Positions 13,489 through 26,809 of a stretch of DNA of 64,000 bases are shown in pieces (position 1 is the stretch's first letter; each line of letters opens with the position of its first letter). The position numbers and the translations under genes were made by a program. A model generated the notes under the pieces. It did no database searches. It saw only the letters and a list, made by a program, of their open reading frames with translations, and was not told the origin of the DNA. The DNA lies in the NCBI RefSeq assembly GCF_001949145.1, contig NW_019091355.1:4351374-4415373 (forward strand), in the 5' to 3' direction. The DNA comes from Acanthaster planci (Eukaryota).

Positions 13489-15095
13489 TCTTGAATACAG
13501 TGACCTTCCAACAGTAATCGAATTGACCACCTTTGAAGAGTTAAGCTTTATTGAGATGGGTAATGTATGCCATGATTCGGCAGCTGCAGCAGAATTTTAC
13601 AAAAAAAAAATGCTATTTGTATTGATAATACACAGATGTGATGAAAAATGCATGGATTGCCGTTATCCAAATTTGTCAAGGCATGCAGATTAATAACACA
13701 ACCCCCTTAAAATCCACCTTGTGTGACTATCAAGTCTTAAAACAGCGCCCTGCAAGAAAATCATCCAAAGAGGGCTTTGAATACATCTCAAGAATAGTCA
13801 GGTGCCAGGGAAAATCATAAAGGTGCCAGACCAGAACCACAAAAACCTGTTCCACATGTCAACAAGTGAAGTACCACAGCAATGAAATGGCCGAAGCATG
13901 GAGAAAGACAACCATCTCGGTTCAAAGACCCCTCTTCACTAATATCATACATGTACTTGCTCATGTAACCGGAACAAAATACGGGAGAGTGACTTTGACA
14001 CTGTAACATGATTACTTTAAAAGTTAAATGATAGAGTGAACTCCAGTTCAATTTCTGTGGGATGCCTAAAACTTTGAGGTATCCAGTGTCCAGTTAAGCA
14101 AGGTCCCCAATTGTTTTTTCTGCAACCATATCTCATCTAAACGTACATGTACTTGTACATCTACTGTGTTTCCAACATACCTTGCTTTATCCAGCTCAGT
14201 ATACACATGAAGTGCGCATAATTTCCTTCTTTAGTTGACTCTAATGGTGCCTTTTTTCAGTCAAAAAATCATGCTCTGTTAATGACCATCCGAAACAGGT
14301 CAAATGGTGTTTTAAATCTGTCATCTTGTACTGTCCCACAAGCATGCACCGCCCCACATGCACTTTATGCTCTGGTGTTTTATCGAGAAGCAACTGGGCC
14401 AGCGTTAGCGACTGAGCTGACTCGAAAACAAGGTGCCTGCGGCACGCTCACAGGTGTTCAGTGCAGTCACATGACCACTGCACAGAGCCAGCACTTGAAC
14501 TGCTGAGGTGCGGGCTACCAGCGGGTGAGTGTTGGCAATCAGGCTAAAACTCGAAAGTCAAAATCACTGCAGTTAAGGGTTGGTCACTCTGACTTGTCCA
14601 AACACAATGGTAGCATGCACACTGTATCCTGACCTTTGGAGCCCAAGTACAAGGGAACAATGGCTTCTTGAAAAGTTTAGCAATCTGCTTATACCCGCCT
14701 GTGACTGTTTCAGAAGCCATTTGCTTTGTATTGGACTAAAACCCCCAGAGTTTTGAGTTATTGAACTGAAATAAGAGTTATACAATATAGCACCCAAATG
14801 CTGTAGCTTGACTAGAGAACACTTCTAGAGTTAAAACCCACAACATACACAAACATGACAGTGAAGACACAAAAACACATCCAGACAGGCATGCAAGGGT
14901 AGATGTCTCAGTGAGTGGTTTGGGGGTCTGACAAGCGGTTTGGTTACAAGCGAGTCACGACCATCGTCTCACTGTCACCTGCTGGCTTCAGCACACCCTT
15001 GTGATCTGACGTTTCCCCTTCCTCTGCATCTCCCTCCTCCCCTGCATCGGACGAGGATCCGAGATCGGACTCCTCACTCTGACCGGGACCGTCAC

Positions 15096-15288
15096 CTTGC
15101 TCCGGTGCACTGAGGAGGCCCACCGAGTCGTCGAACATCATGGCTTTCAGGTTGAGGGAGGCCAGGATGGTCTCCTTGTCCTGCAGGCTCTGGTACTCTG
15201 AGGTGCTGTCGTTGGCGGACAGGATGACACACATGTCACACTGGTTGACATTGGCAGCTCTGAGGTCGGCACGGCTCAGAGGTGAGCC
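15096..15288 (-). CDS. KCNMA1: Slo1 exon, RCK2 ([25 protein letters not shown]...[30 protein letters not shown])
   Basis: 193 nt to the first donor CAAG|gtgacg (phase 1); alternative in-frame donors further on (see findings). Confidence 0.93.
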
Positions 15289-15380
15289 CTGAAATATAAT
15301 AACATCAAGTGGGAACCAGAATATACACAATGCTGGCCTATTATATTTACCCCAGTTCGCTGGACTCATGAAAAAGTTCT

Positions 15381-15439
15381 TTAACCCTAACCCTCCTCAA
15401 TCCTTCACCTGTTGGAGGATTGAGGAGTGTTAGGGTTAA
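15381..15439. mobile_element. 51-bp hairpin piggyBac-type mini element with TTAA flanks, copy 1
   Basis: ttaa-ccctaaccctcctcaatcct...aggattgaggagtgttaggg-ttaa; second copy at 37221. Confidence 0.8.
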
Positions 15440-16520
15440 ACTATCTGTGTCAAGCTGTATGCTGAAGAGCATACGGCTTGATGCTGCTGTTCCTGAAGAA
15501 TGTGATTGGTTCAAATGAAATCACTGCCCTTGAAGGTTAACTCCATCCAGGAGTTTAACTCCTGGATGGACAGAAAAGAAATTTGTGCACAAGGTCACAC
15601 AGAATATGTGACCGGCTCTAGAAAAATGGGTAATAAGTTGCCAGATTCAGGTTATGGGTTTTTGATATGGCCGAATTGTATACACCAAAAGCTACAATTT
15701 GGTATACGAATGACCCCGGTAGTGCGCAGCATTCCGGAGATATATGGACATTTGTATATCCACATTTTCAGATTAAATAAAAGCACTTTTTGAGAAAACG
15801 CTCATAAAGTGTAGCACTTGGAAACACAATGCTATGAACAATTTCTTACTGAATGATCAATTTTTCATCTTTATTCATCAGTATCCATGTTTGTAGTCAC
15901 AAATTCTGAAAATACAAATATTATAGAAGCTATTAAAGGAAAAAACACAAAATCACATTTTTGAAGAAATTTTGCCCTCTCCAAATAGAACGGGCCATAA
16001 TGTGTTTTGTCATTGCAACTTAATATCCTTTTTTCGCAGAGCGGGTCACATATGTGTCCACATCCACCGAGGCCAGACCCAAGATCTATAGAATTAGACA
16101 AGGAATCTTGAATTCAAAGCAGCAGGTTATAGATTGGCGACTGTTGGGTTCAAACTTAAGTGAAACTAAACTCAGCACGTAAGAAAATGATGGAGGTTTA
16201 GTAAAACTTCAGAAGCACCTCAAACTGCGATTTGTCGAGGACGTTTCCCTAACTGTACAGTTAAGCCTGCTCATACTCAGTGCACAAGCGAAGTGAAAAT
16301 GTAACATTTGGATCAACTACAAGTATCCGTGCCGTTAACCCGCAAAAGTTGAACGCATCTCAACTGACATTAATTTCCAGCAAATGTTTTGTGACATCAC
16401 ATTTGCTCTGGTTTTTCTGGGACTACATGAAGCGCATGTCCGAACTGGCGTCAATACTGATTTGCATGTTAAAATCACATAAAGACATGAAAGGAAAGAG
16501 AAAAGTAGACTAAAACTTAC

Positions 16521-16745
16521 ATCCATGATGTAAACCTTGGGGAAGTTCTTGAGGGTCTGCCACTCCCTGGCGATGTATTGCATGTCACCTAGCAGGACAA
16601 TCGTCTTCAGCTCCTCCAGATGGAAGTTGCTGGCTCTCAGCGGCATGACAAAGTTTCTCAAGCCGATGAGCGGGGAGTTGCGATTGCCAAACACGCACAC
16701 CACCACGTGGTTGCACAGGTTTGTCTGCTGGGCCTCCTCGCGCGT
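16521..16745 (-). CDS. KCNMA1: Slo1 exon, RCK2 ([20 protein letters not shown]...[17 protein letters not shown]...NFPKVYIMD)
   Basis: 225 nt; phase 0 to 0; |gtaagt donor. Confidence 0.97.
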
Positions 16746-16852
16746 CTGGGGAAGCAAAACAGAAACAAGTCCATGCTACCTCTTTTGATCTGTAAAACTA
16801 ACCATTCAGCCTTTTATCTGTGTCCACGTGCAAAGGATTAGGCAGTGTATTC

Positions 16853-17464
16853 NNNNNNNNNNNNNNNNNNNNNNNNNNNNNNNNNNNNNNNNNNNNNNNN
16901 NNNNNNNNNNNNNNNNNNNNNNNNNNNNNNNNNNNNNNNNNNNNNNNNNNNNNNNNNNNNNNNNNNNNNNNNNNNNNNNNNNNNNNNNNNNNNNNNNNNN
17001 NNNNNNNNNNNNNNNNNNNNNNNNNNNNNNNNNNNNNNNNNNNNNNNNNNNNNNNNNNNNNNNNNNNNNNNNNNNNNNNNNNNNNNNNNNNNNNNNNNNN
17101 NNNNNNNNNNNNNNNNNNNNNNNNNNNNNNNNNNNNNNNNNNNNNNNNNNNNNNNNNNNNNNNNNNNNNNNNNNNNNNNNNNNNNNNNNNNNNNNNNNNN
17201 NNNNNNNNNNNNNNNNNNNNNNNNNNNNNNNNNNNNNNNNNNNNNNNNNNNNNNNNNNNNNNNNNNNNNNNNNNNNNNNNNNNNNNNNNNNNNNNNNNNN
17301 NNNNNNNNNNNNNNNNNNNNNNNNNNNNNNNNNNNNNNNNNNNNNNNNNNNNNNNNNNNNNNNNNNNNNNNNNNNNNNNNNNNNNNNNNNNNNNNNNNNN
17401 NNNNNNNNNNNNNNNNNNNNNNNNNNNNNNNNNNNNNNNNNNNNNNNNNNNNNNNNNNNNNNNN
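16853..17464. other. Assembly gap (N run) inside a Slo1 intron; other gaps at 9862-10057, 13015-13400 and 43403-44371
   Basis: N runs; no constitutive exon appears to be lost, since phases join across each gap. Confidence 0.95.
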
Positions 17465-17478
17465 ACATGTCAGCATAC

Positions 17479-17596
17479 CAAGAGTGCATAGGAGGAGGTT
17501 CTATCTTTACACCAGTGGAACATTCCGGTTGAATCAAACTGGTAGGTGGTATCTTCGTCGCCAAAATCAGGCAGCTGCTTCAAACGAGGACTCACC
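17479..17596 (-). CDS. KCNMA1: Slo1 exon, linker to RCK2 (VSPRLKQLPDFGDEDTTYQFDSTGMFHWCKDRTSSYALL)
   Basis: 118 nt; conserved DSTGMFHWC; phase 2 to 0; |gtatgc donor. Confidence 0.93.
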
Positions 17597-18845
17597 CTGA
17601 AATTATTTCAGACGTTGTTTTGTGAGCTTTAAGCATACCAAAGGAAGAAAAGATGTGACAAATTATCCAGCAAACACAGAGAACAAAAAGAAAGTGTGGA
17701 CGCTTGACAAAGTTTTCTACGATTTAAAAGCAGACATCAATGTGGTTTTCCAGGTATTTGTCTGGAAGTTTTACTTTGCACCGAGGCTTTAAGGGCAAGA
17801 GATACAATGACAGAGAGACTAGAATGGGAGAAGAAATGAAGGCACGATGCCTTGTAGATGGTCTTCAGAAAAGTGCAACTAAGTGAGACAGCTAATAAGT
17901 AGACGGAATGGCAGTGAAGCTAAATGCTAGTAAACAAAGTCATTCCAGTCATGGGAGTTCAAACAGCCTTGCAATGATGATGGGGATGAGAAAATCAACT
18001 GAAACGTTATCAAGTGAAGATGTGCAGAGACAGCAATCACAGTCAAACACAACAATCCGAAATATATGTAACGCCAACAGGAACGGACGGCGCAAAATTC
18101 ATCAACAGGTACAAATTTACACAACTGAAAACAACTTAGTTCAAGAAGATATTGTTGGGAATGAAAAATAAGACACAAAAGACAAATTCAATGACAGCAA
18201 GCGGACGAGTGTGACACCGCACTGAAGCTCAGCAAGTCTGTATCATTTCAGGAGATGTGGTCAAACCCTTGCCACATGCAAGCAGAAAGGACAGGTGGCC
18301 AATATAAAGCAGTGAGGCCAAGCACAGCTAGAACCTTATGCCTGCCAGAAGGACAGCAGCACGAAGCCACAATAACTAAAAGGCCCATCCCTGAGATTTT
18401 ACCACAAACCCACTCTCCCACAGTTAAGTCTCAGCTCTGTTTTGTGTCCATTTGTGTACTCATTACTCAGGCAAATATACAAACTGTTGGACAAAAAAAG
18501 GGGGGGCTGAAAATAAACTGGAAACGCTCAATGGCCAGATCTCAAACTGCATTGGGCAGCTGTTCAACATCTGTGCATGGCCAGCTATCAATAAATTTCA
18601 TAGAGCAAACACATGTACAATACACACATGTATATGTACAAGTCTAACAGCTTTGCAAACAATGGGAGGACGAGCTTACTAGGTGCTCATTCTACGCAAA
18701 AATATCATTTACTTGAGAATGAGTTTCCAGTTTGTTTTGGCTCACAGCTGACAAATTTGTTCAGTGCTCTATTCTGCTTAACAACCTCTGTGAAACTGCA
18801 CCCTTCTGGCAAAACAAGGGCGCCAACTGCTACAGTTGTCACATA

Positions 18846-19086
18846 GGGCCAATTTCATAGAGCTGCTTAAGCACAAAATTTGCTTGAGCACCAAAAAACC
18901 TTGCTTAAAAACAAAGGTTACCAGCTCAAAAACTAAGTGATTGTCATGCTAACCAAAAGACAAGTGAATACCATTCCAAAACAATGTACATCACATGGAG
19001 TTTTGGCTGGTAACCTGATTTGTCAAGCAAGGTTTTTTCACACTTGAGCACATTTTGTGCTTAAGCAGCTCTATGAAAATTGGCCC
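18846..19086. mobile_element. Palindromic MITE family B; degenerate relatives at about 40400-40620 and 40671-40860
   Basis: gggccaatttcatagagctgcttaagcacaaaat ... attttgtgcttaagcagctctatgaaaattggccc. Confidence 0.8.
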
Positions 19087-22000
19087 AAGTAAGGATTACT
19101 AAACACTGCACCAATCGGACTGACTGTCACGTGACTACGTAATCAGGTTTGACTGCATCTAGAAAGATCCTACAAAATAATGACGACTTACCTACTGGTG
19201 CTGTGCGCACATACAATATGAAGCAGGTGGGATTCAGGTGAAGGGAAAAAACAAATCAGCAAGTTATTGACAGCAAAACAACAAGATCACACTCTAACTA
19301 CAGGTCAGTGGCAAAACTCAATCAAGTCTCCTAGCAAAGGGCAAGTCTCTTCCTGTCCTAACCGTGCACGGCGAAGAGAGATGCATGTGTCCCTCCGACC
19401 CATTGATGTGTATATTTAATAAAAAGGTGACAGGGAGTGTAAAGTGCCAGCAGGAAACCACCACCATAGACGGGTAGAAGATGATGTTGGTTGCTAGGGA
19501 AACCAAGATGCTAGTTACCAGAGGGGAGCCAAATGACAGGGGATGTGTTAGTGATGAGTCTGAGGGGAGGGCTTCACCATCACCATTGTGCTGCATCGTG
19601 AGTGAAAAATTGTGTTTTTTTCTGAGTCAGTGTGTAAACATTTGTTGGTTAAAAGGCTGCAAATGTTTGAAACATTGAGTCAATTACTCAACATACCACA
19701 CAAGGAATAATTGGGGGAAAAGCACCCACAGAGACAGATTTTTCTCAAAAGACTTCCACCAAAATTAGCTATTTGAAAGGTAGACCTTACAAAGAGTATA
19801 TGAGCGTACGGTTTGAATGCATGCGCTACTCCACAATGGACAAAAACTGTCATCTGAGAGCACTGAAGAGGTATCAAAAAATGTGGCCCGTTCATCCTGT
19901 GAGCTAAAAAGCCTTCAAATGAAAAACATTGACCGATTCTTCAAGGAGGTCTGACGATATTACACATGTACAGTTGGGTAGGCGTACCTGGGGTTAGGGG
20001 GAAATTTCTTTTGTAACGAAATTCTGGACTGAGTTGTGGGAGATAAAACGTTATCCCCTAGCATTTTGGGTCCCCATGAAATGAAAAGATGAGTGTTCGG
20101 CATGTCTCCACAACTGCGGCATAAATATGTGTGTTTTCCCAAATGAAGAATACTCTATGAAAATAACCGGCCTTTACTGCATGCACCTTCAGATTGCTAC
20201 ATCTAATGGAAATGGACGGCCATGTTAATACCATTAGGGAATGATTGTTTGCATATCGTAAAAGTCTGTGGCAGTCTTATGCTTTTATTGCAGTTTGACA
20301 ATATCTCAAAGGAAACCAAGGATGAATAACTTTAGTCAGAGTAGTTCCGTTCCTTCCTTTCCTTTTTTAGGAGTTGAGATGCGGGGAAACATTGTAGACC
20401 TTGATTTGACGATTAGACAACCGCAAGTGTGACAGTTCTGAATCACTTGTTTATATAAAAAAGAATCAATTCTGAAGTCACTGATCCCCTTTTCAAGATT
20501 CGCTTACAATTTCAATGCCAATTATTTCATGATAATCAGAATAGCAAATTGTTTGGGAAAAAATATGTGGCTTGAACATTAGCCAGGATACAGTTCAGTA
20601 AAATTTGTGGTCGTTTTGTAAGTAACTGTCAGAGAGAGAAACAAAAAATCAAATCTTGGTTTCCTCCAATTAACATGCTGAATATTTATCTTATGTTCTT
20701 GTCAATATTAGGCTTCCTGGTGAGGAAACAATAATAAATATCGCCCAGTGAAATATTTTTGGATCTGAGTTAACTGAATTGCGGTATTCCGCCAATAATT
20801 CTTTGTCCATGTGTGAGAAAGTTTGAGATTACCAACATACACACAACACAGTATCACGGCATACCGTTAAAACCAGAATTAGCAGACGTGATGCACATGA
20901 CACACTGGGTACATCGTGAAGTTACATTTTCAAAAGCTTCCCTCCCTGGCCCAAAATCTTCAACTTCTTTGACTTTTTCCCGACAGTGTGCTTGGGACAG
21001 AACCCTATGCTACTGTGATGAATGTGAAACCAAAAATCTGCCTGAACGAGGTGATGCAGCGTGCATGATTTGGGACTGTCAAAAGTGATTTCTAATCATT
21101 GGGTTCAGCCGTGTACAAAAGCCGAGATTTATATCCCTCTAAATGGCATCTATGGGACACTATTTGGTGTTAACACGAAAGGGAAGTAATCTCCAGCAAA
21201 AATGCTGTCCCTCAGTCACAGACATTCTAAACACAGGTACATGTAGGTCTGCAGCAGTTTACACAAACATGAACTATCACACTCACTCCGTTAGTGTTTG
21301 GTGATGAACTTTAAATAAAAAATCTCACGACACTCTATGATTGTCTTTGCATGCAGGGTGATAAAAAGAATATTATGAGCAAGGCAGACAATGGACCACA
21401 GCAAATACCCACACCCACCAAGTCGGCTTGGTGCTGTGATCACCATTTATATACTGCATCCTTAGTAGCAGGCGACCCAGCGACCCCACACAGGGGCGCG
21501 GGCGATCAAACCGGATGGGACGACGTAAAGCATAGCTGATGTGACAAAAAAAAAAAAAAAAAACGAGGATGGAAGTATAAAAGAGTGTTGGAGAGAAACA
21601 AAATGAAAGAAAACAAAACAAACACGTATCATCATGATGACAAAAAGTAATGAAGTTATTCATTTCAGCTGACCCAGTACAGTCTGTGCAAGTAATTACC
21701 CAGAAAACATGATAGTGACTAACTGCAACAAAGCAATTCCAAGGAAAGTGTCATCCATTGAAAAGAAGAATATTTGGAGCATTTCAAACATGTACCACAA
21801 CTTAAATGCTCTGTCATATGCATGTACATAACAGTCAAAATGACGTTTTTCCCAGAAAAAAAAAAAAAAGCAAAGTAGTTGCATGAGACATGTGAAATCA
21901 CCAGACAATTCGTGTGTTAAGGTGCAGTGGCATTTGCAAGCCGTTCTGAAAATTTGTAAATCCAGCCTCCTCCGTGGCTCAAACCTGAGTTAGTAGCAGA

Positions 22001-22096
22001 TCTGTGCAGTACCTCTGTGGTTCATGTGTTATCAAGCAGAAGTTATCTGGAGTGTGTTAGATACATGCTTTATCAGTCTGATACATAACTGTGACA

Positions 22097-22326
22097 ATCC
22101 GCTCCGAGCGGAACAAAAGAGGGCATGTTTTTTTGGTACTCACCGCATAGGCACGCCATGAGGCGCCCAAGTATATGCGCGTTTTGACACAGAGCACGCT
22201 GAGTACGCGCAACTAATTTACTCCGGCGTGTATGGTCTTTGCGTACACGCAGAACGCGTGGAAGAACCCGCTCGTAACCACCTGTCTTTCTTTTCACCGA
22301 TTGGAGGTGCACTTCAGCTCAGGGTG
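22097..22326. mobile_element. ~225-bp repeat family C, copy 1
   Basis: Colinear similarity with 27271-27490; termini atccgctccgagc / gctcggggcggat are inverted. Confidence 0.8.
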
Positions 22327-22999
22327 TTTAAAGCATAAGACCAATTCTCACTGTGATAATTTGCATCTCAGAACTTGGTTCAGCCAGTAAAGAGTGCTCA
22401 ATGAAGCTCATCGGTGCAACATGGTGACTTTTAAACAGTTGTTTACGGTAAATTCAAGGATACAAATCAACACATATAAAGAATTCCTTTGAAATTTTTA
22501 ACTACTTTGATGATAAATAAAAACCAGAATAGTTGGAGAACTCAAAGGAAGATATGCCCCAGAAAATGATGAAAAAGTAATACAGTCACTTTAACCCTAT
22601 TTAGATTTAAACTCTGGCGCAACAATATCAAAACATTTCACATTAACATCATTCTCGAAGCTGACTGACTGCAGCAAGTTCAATCTCGTTAATTGACTAG
22701 CCGTGTCTAAAACAAAGACGCTACTAAAACAAATCCCAAACAGTCCCCTCCACCAAAAAAAAAACATAAACCAAACCCCATGGCAAACATGCATAGAACG
22801 ACCATCATCCATTTGTATAAGATCTGGCTACACAGATCTGTTTGAAATGAAATGAAATGCACCAAATCAATCCAACTCACAATCACCGTCAGGGTAGAAA
22901 TCAATTTAACCACAATCAAGACATGGACAGACCACACTACCCCATCCTAAGCACACAGACTCCTGATCAACTGAAGACCACTCCTATCCACAACCACAG

Positions 23000-23345
23000 T
23001 AAGGGCTATCAATGGAAACTAGACTGTTTCCAACTCAACAACGAACTCGTAAGGGCTATCAATGCCATTTACATGCCAGTCCTACCCATCACCAAAATGA
23101 GAACTATCAATGCCATCAACAGATCACTCCTACCCATCACCAAGATGCGATCAATGCCATCAACAGGCCACGCCAACCCATCACCAAAATAAGGACTATC
23201 ATTGCCAACTACAGGCCAATGCTACTACCAAAATAAAAACAATCAGTGTAAACCAACCAACCCTCCAACCCACCATCTAAAAACGGACTACAGACCACTC
23301 CTCCCCACCACCAAAATGAAGACCAACGTCATCTGCAGGCCCCCA
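23000..23345. repeat. Degenerate ~45-49-bp minisatellite
   Basis: Recurring actatcaatgccatcaacag...ctcctacccatcaccaaaatg units. Confidence 0.7.
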
Positions 23346-23390
23346 ACAACTTCCACCAAAGTATGGAGCATCTTACAGCCCAACCCTAAC

Positions 23391-23496
23391 CTTCTCTTCT
23401 TATCTTTCTTGGGGGGTCGCGCCTGGACAGCTCTTGGTCTCTGAGGCCCACCTAACCAATCGCCGTCAGTCGGTGGGTCTCGACTGTACCGTTTAT
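23391..23496 (-). CDS. KCNMA1: Slo1 RCK1-RCK2 linker exon, probably constitutive (DKRYSRDPPTDGDWLGGPQRPRAVQARPPKKDKKRR)
   Basis: 106 nt; best phase 1 to 2 exon found, which is required to join 30874 to 17596; ctgactgttcag| acceptor, AAG|gttagg donor; poorly conserved sequence. Confidence 0.75.
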
Positions 23497-26400
23497 CTGA
23501 ACAGTCAGAATTATGCGTGTGGATGGGAATACAGCTGTGCAGGCTGATCAAGTAAAGAGGGCAGACAAATTCAAAGGACAAAAACAAGCACTTCTTGAAA
23601 TACAAGGCAAGAGTCGGATTACACAGACACTGAAAATCTAAAGCTAAATATTGCAAATCTATAAGTTGAAAATGTAATTAAATACAGCCTCAATCGGAAT
23701 AACATCTAGATGATGCAACTCCTTTCCTGTCAAATCACCCACTTGCCCTTTTCCTTCTTTTCACATCTTGGAAACATAAACAGCACGATACTCACAAGTA
23801 CTACCTAAACTTTCTATAACTACACTGTCATCCCTTCCACTGTCTCAGGTCAATTAAATGACAGAGTTTGCCATTGTCACAAGTTTGCCATCCATCCAGG
23901 GGAGAACATATCGTCATGTGCCTGGAAAAAGGACGTAAGCGCTTACGCCCTTTTGCCGGGAAACATTATCACTCCAAAAAAAACAACACACAAACAAAAT
24001 TCTGGGCAAAAAGACGTATGTATGCATTGTTTTACTTTAATGAAATACAAAGATTTCTTTGGAAAAGGTAAAAAAAAATCCCATGTTGTTTAACCACTTG
24101 CCGGAGGTGTAATCGTACAGGATCTTATGTCTTCTATATGGGAAGGCTTTTAACCTAATGTACAATGTTAACAATCAGAAGCCACGCATACATATTACAC
24201 CTTCCACCAATATTTTCCCCCAAAACTATATTTTTCGGAATTAGGCTGATTCTGAGTTTTACAGCAAGGGACACATGAAACCAACAGACAAGAATTTGAA
24301 GGAAATGGCTAAGTTTAACAAAGCAGGCCAACAGATGCAGGTTCAATGGATGGTAGGTTGTATGTAGGTATAATAAAGGTTGTATCACTAATAGGGTAAT
24401 CAAAGCAAAATTAGGGCTCAGAATAACCAAGTTATGAACTTGAAAACTGCCTCTGTCCTTCCTTTGAAGAATGCTTTATCAGCTTTCTACTGATCCTGGA
24501 AGTCCTGAAGCCAAATATCCTCTTTGAAGTTTGCCTAATTCAGTGGAGGAATTGGCACGTAATTACTGCTTTATTTTTGTATAATTCATCTGAGAAATTG
24601 ACTAACATTAGGGTAATTGATATTCATTTTGCTCTGTCTCAACAATTACTGTATTTTCAAATACCACATTACATCATCTTTACCATCTCGTAAAATGTTA
24701 TTCCTATTAAACAAAGCCTGAATAGACTCCCATCATCTGATTGTCGATTGCATGTCACTTCATTGCTCGTCCACAAACACACACACAAATCCCAAACCTA
24801 CAGTGTGACTGCCTTGCAAAATCTGATCGCGCCAATCTGTAATGTGTGGTACATTAAATGTTCAACTCCAAAATCACACATGAAACTCCTTAACTCACAG
24901 GTGATCTGCTGTTATTCATTCAGATGAGGATTTGTTTAGGATCCATCCAGGCTTCGCTTCATAGAATGGAACATTCCATTTATTCACTCACTCATTTATT
25001 TATCACTGCATTTTTAAAAACATAACAATGATGTCTTATCAGCAGGGACACGGTGCACACACACACAGGTTTCTGCACGCCTGGCCCAGGGCACGAATGA
25101 CCAATTTCTCTTGGAATTCACAGCCTGTCGGTGTACCCATGGCCCCTACCAGGCCTCCCTCGTCTATGCCGGAGAGGTGGGTCATTCTGCACAGGGCAGA
25201 TACTCACTAGGCTCTCTGGACAATTTTATTCCTTAGAAAATGGCTTCACAGCCTGGAATATGGAAGCAAAAAGCACGATAGCTAGGCGATTAAAACTGCT
25301 ATACCTACTTTGTATTGAGTGTTGTGCCATTGCTCTTATCCTGTCTGCTGCCCTCTAGGTTTGACGGAATGCTCAGTGCTAATGAACAGATCAAAGGAAA
25401 GAGCAAAATCAGATTAACAAGCACTACTGACCAACATTTGTTTTACAAACTGTCTCCACCATTAAAACGATCCACTGCTGCATTTTGAAATCTTGCAAAA
25501 GGACTAACCGAAAACTGACTAACGAAGCAGCCAGTTAGCCAAAAAAAAAAAGAAAAAAAAAAGACATTCTCTTACTCTACTCAAGATACATTAAAAACCG
25601 ACCACACATTTCACACTTTCCATGCAGATACGTTGAAGTAAGTGACTGCATCTAGCCATCTACACTATCAAACCGCAGCCAACTCAAAACACCTGTTGAT
25701 AGTACAACAGTGAAAAAACATGCTGCTGCCAACAGGGGGCTCTCTTAACTAAACGAATGCTGGAAAATTGATTAATCAAATGGAATTTATAACATCGTAA
25801 TAAAAGACATTCAACAAATATACATCGACATGGAACAAGCCTGACGGCTGCAGCAATCTGGTCTGTGATTGGTCAGGCGACATCACCTGAGGCTGAAAAA
25901 CAAAATGCTCATGCCCAAGGCAAGGGTGTTAATATAATAAGCTTCACAGGAATTACAATGGCGATATGGGCAGCAAGGTACATTGACTGGATGCGATCAT
26001 GTGACGGGGCAGTGCAGCTGTGATTGGCTAGAAGGCCACGTGATGTAAAATAACTGCAGCAAATGAAAGGAGGCTTGCTGTGCATGAAGTGCTTGTATCG
26101 CAAGTAACTGAAACGAGGTTATAATTTACAACATAATTGTTTGGACTCATCTCTAATGGCACGGATACAAAATTGAATCATCACAGTTGGTGGTTTTGAA
26201 ATTGTATCTATACAATCTGAAATTGGTTTAATTGCATGTATGGTCAAAGTCAATTTTCTTGCCGTGGTTCATCAGATGAGAAAATGATGAGTATTTCTAA
26301 TCACTGTGATCGGAATTCCATTTCTGACTGAAAAACACAACTTGATTTTTGATAAATTGACAAAAATGGCTTTGGGAAAGGGGACGAAAAAGAAAAGAAA

Positions 26401-26642
26401 GATAAAAAGATTTCTGAAAAGGTATGACAAGGCAGGTGGTTTCCTTAGAGATGCAATCAGTGCCAGACAAAGTATTCAATGGCAAACAGGGGGTAGCACT
26501 TAAAAAAAAAAAAGGCCAGCACTTTAAAAAAAAAAGGCCATCAATTACACGTTGCAGATGTGCACAGTCGTCCTTTACAATAAATCCAAAAGCAGCTTCC
26601 AGAGCGTAACTACGTGTACTTGCCAGTATACAGCACTGAAAT

Positions 26643-26809
26643 GGCCGTTTCACAATAGGGCGCCACCAAGAGTTTGCAACGCGTTGGCCAATCAGAACGC
26701 TCGAAATTTGTCGACCCTTTCTAAACGTGCATTGGGTCGACAACTTTTCGCGTGTCGTGATTGGCCAACGCGTTGCAAACTTTTGGTGGCGCACTTATGT
26801 GAAACGGCC
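26643..26809. mobile_element. Palindromic MITE family D, copy 1
   Basis: ggccgtttcaca...gcgccaccaagagtttgcaacgcgttggccaatca arm with a full inverted arm; copies at 54884 and 59189. Confidence 0.9.

Noticed and set aside
12530..17600. Long ORFs in the supplied track spanning N runs (also 9808-10245 and 43276-44546)
   Set aside because: Artefacts of translating through gaps and minisatellite sequence
25208..25252. 45-nt segment with good acceptor and gtgagt donor
   Set aside because: Stops in all three frames; shows that pseudo-exons occur here, so the other cassette candidates need transcript evidence
25887..25892. 6-nt microexon CCTCAG
   Set aside because: Good acceptor but mediocre donor (gtgatg) and a short AG-free zone; could easily be chance
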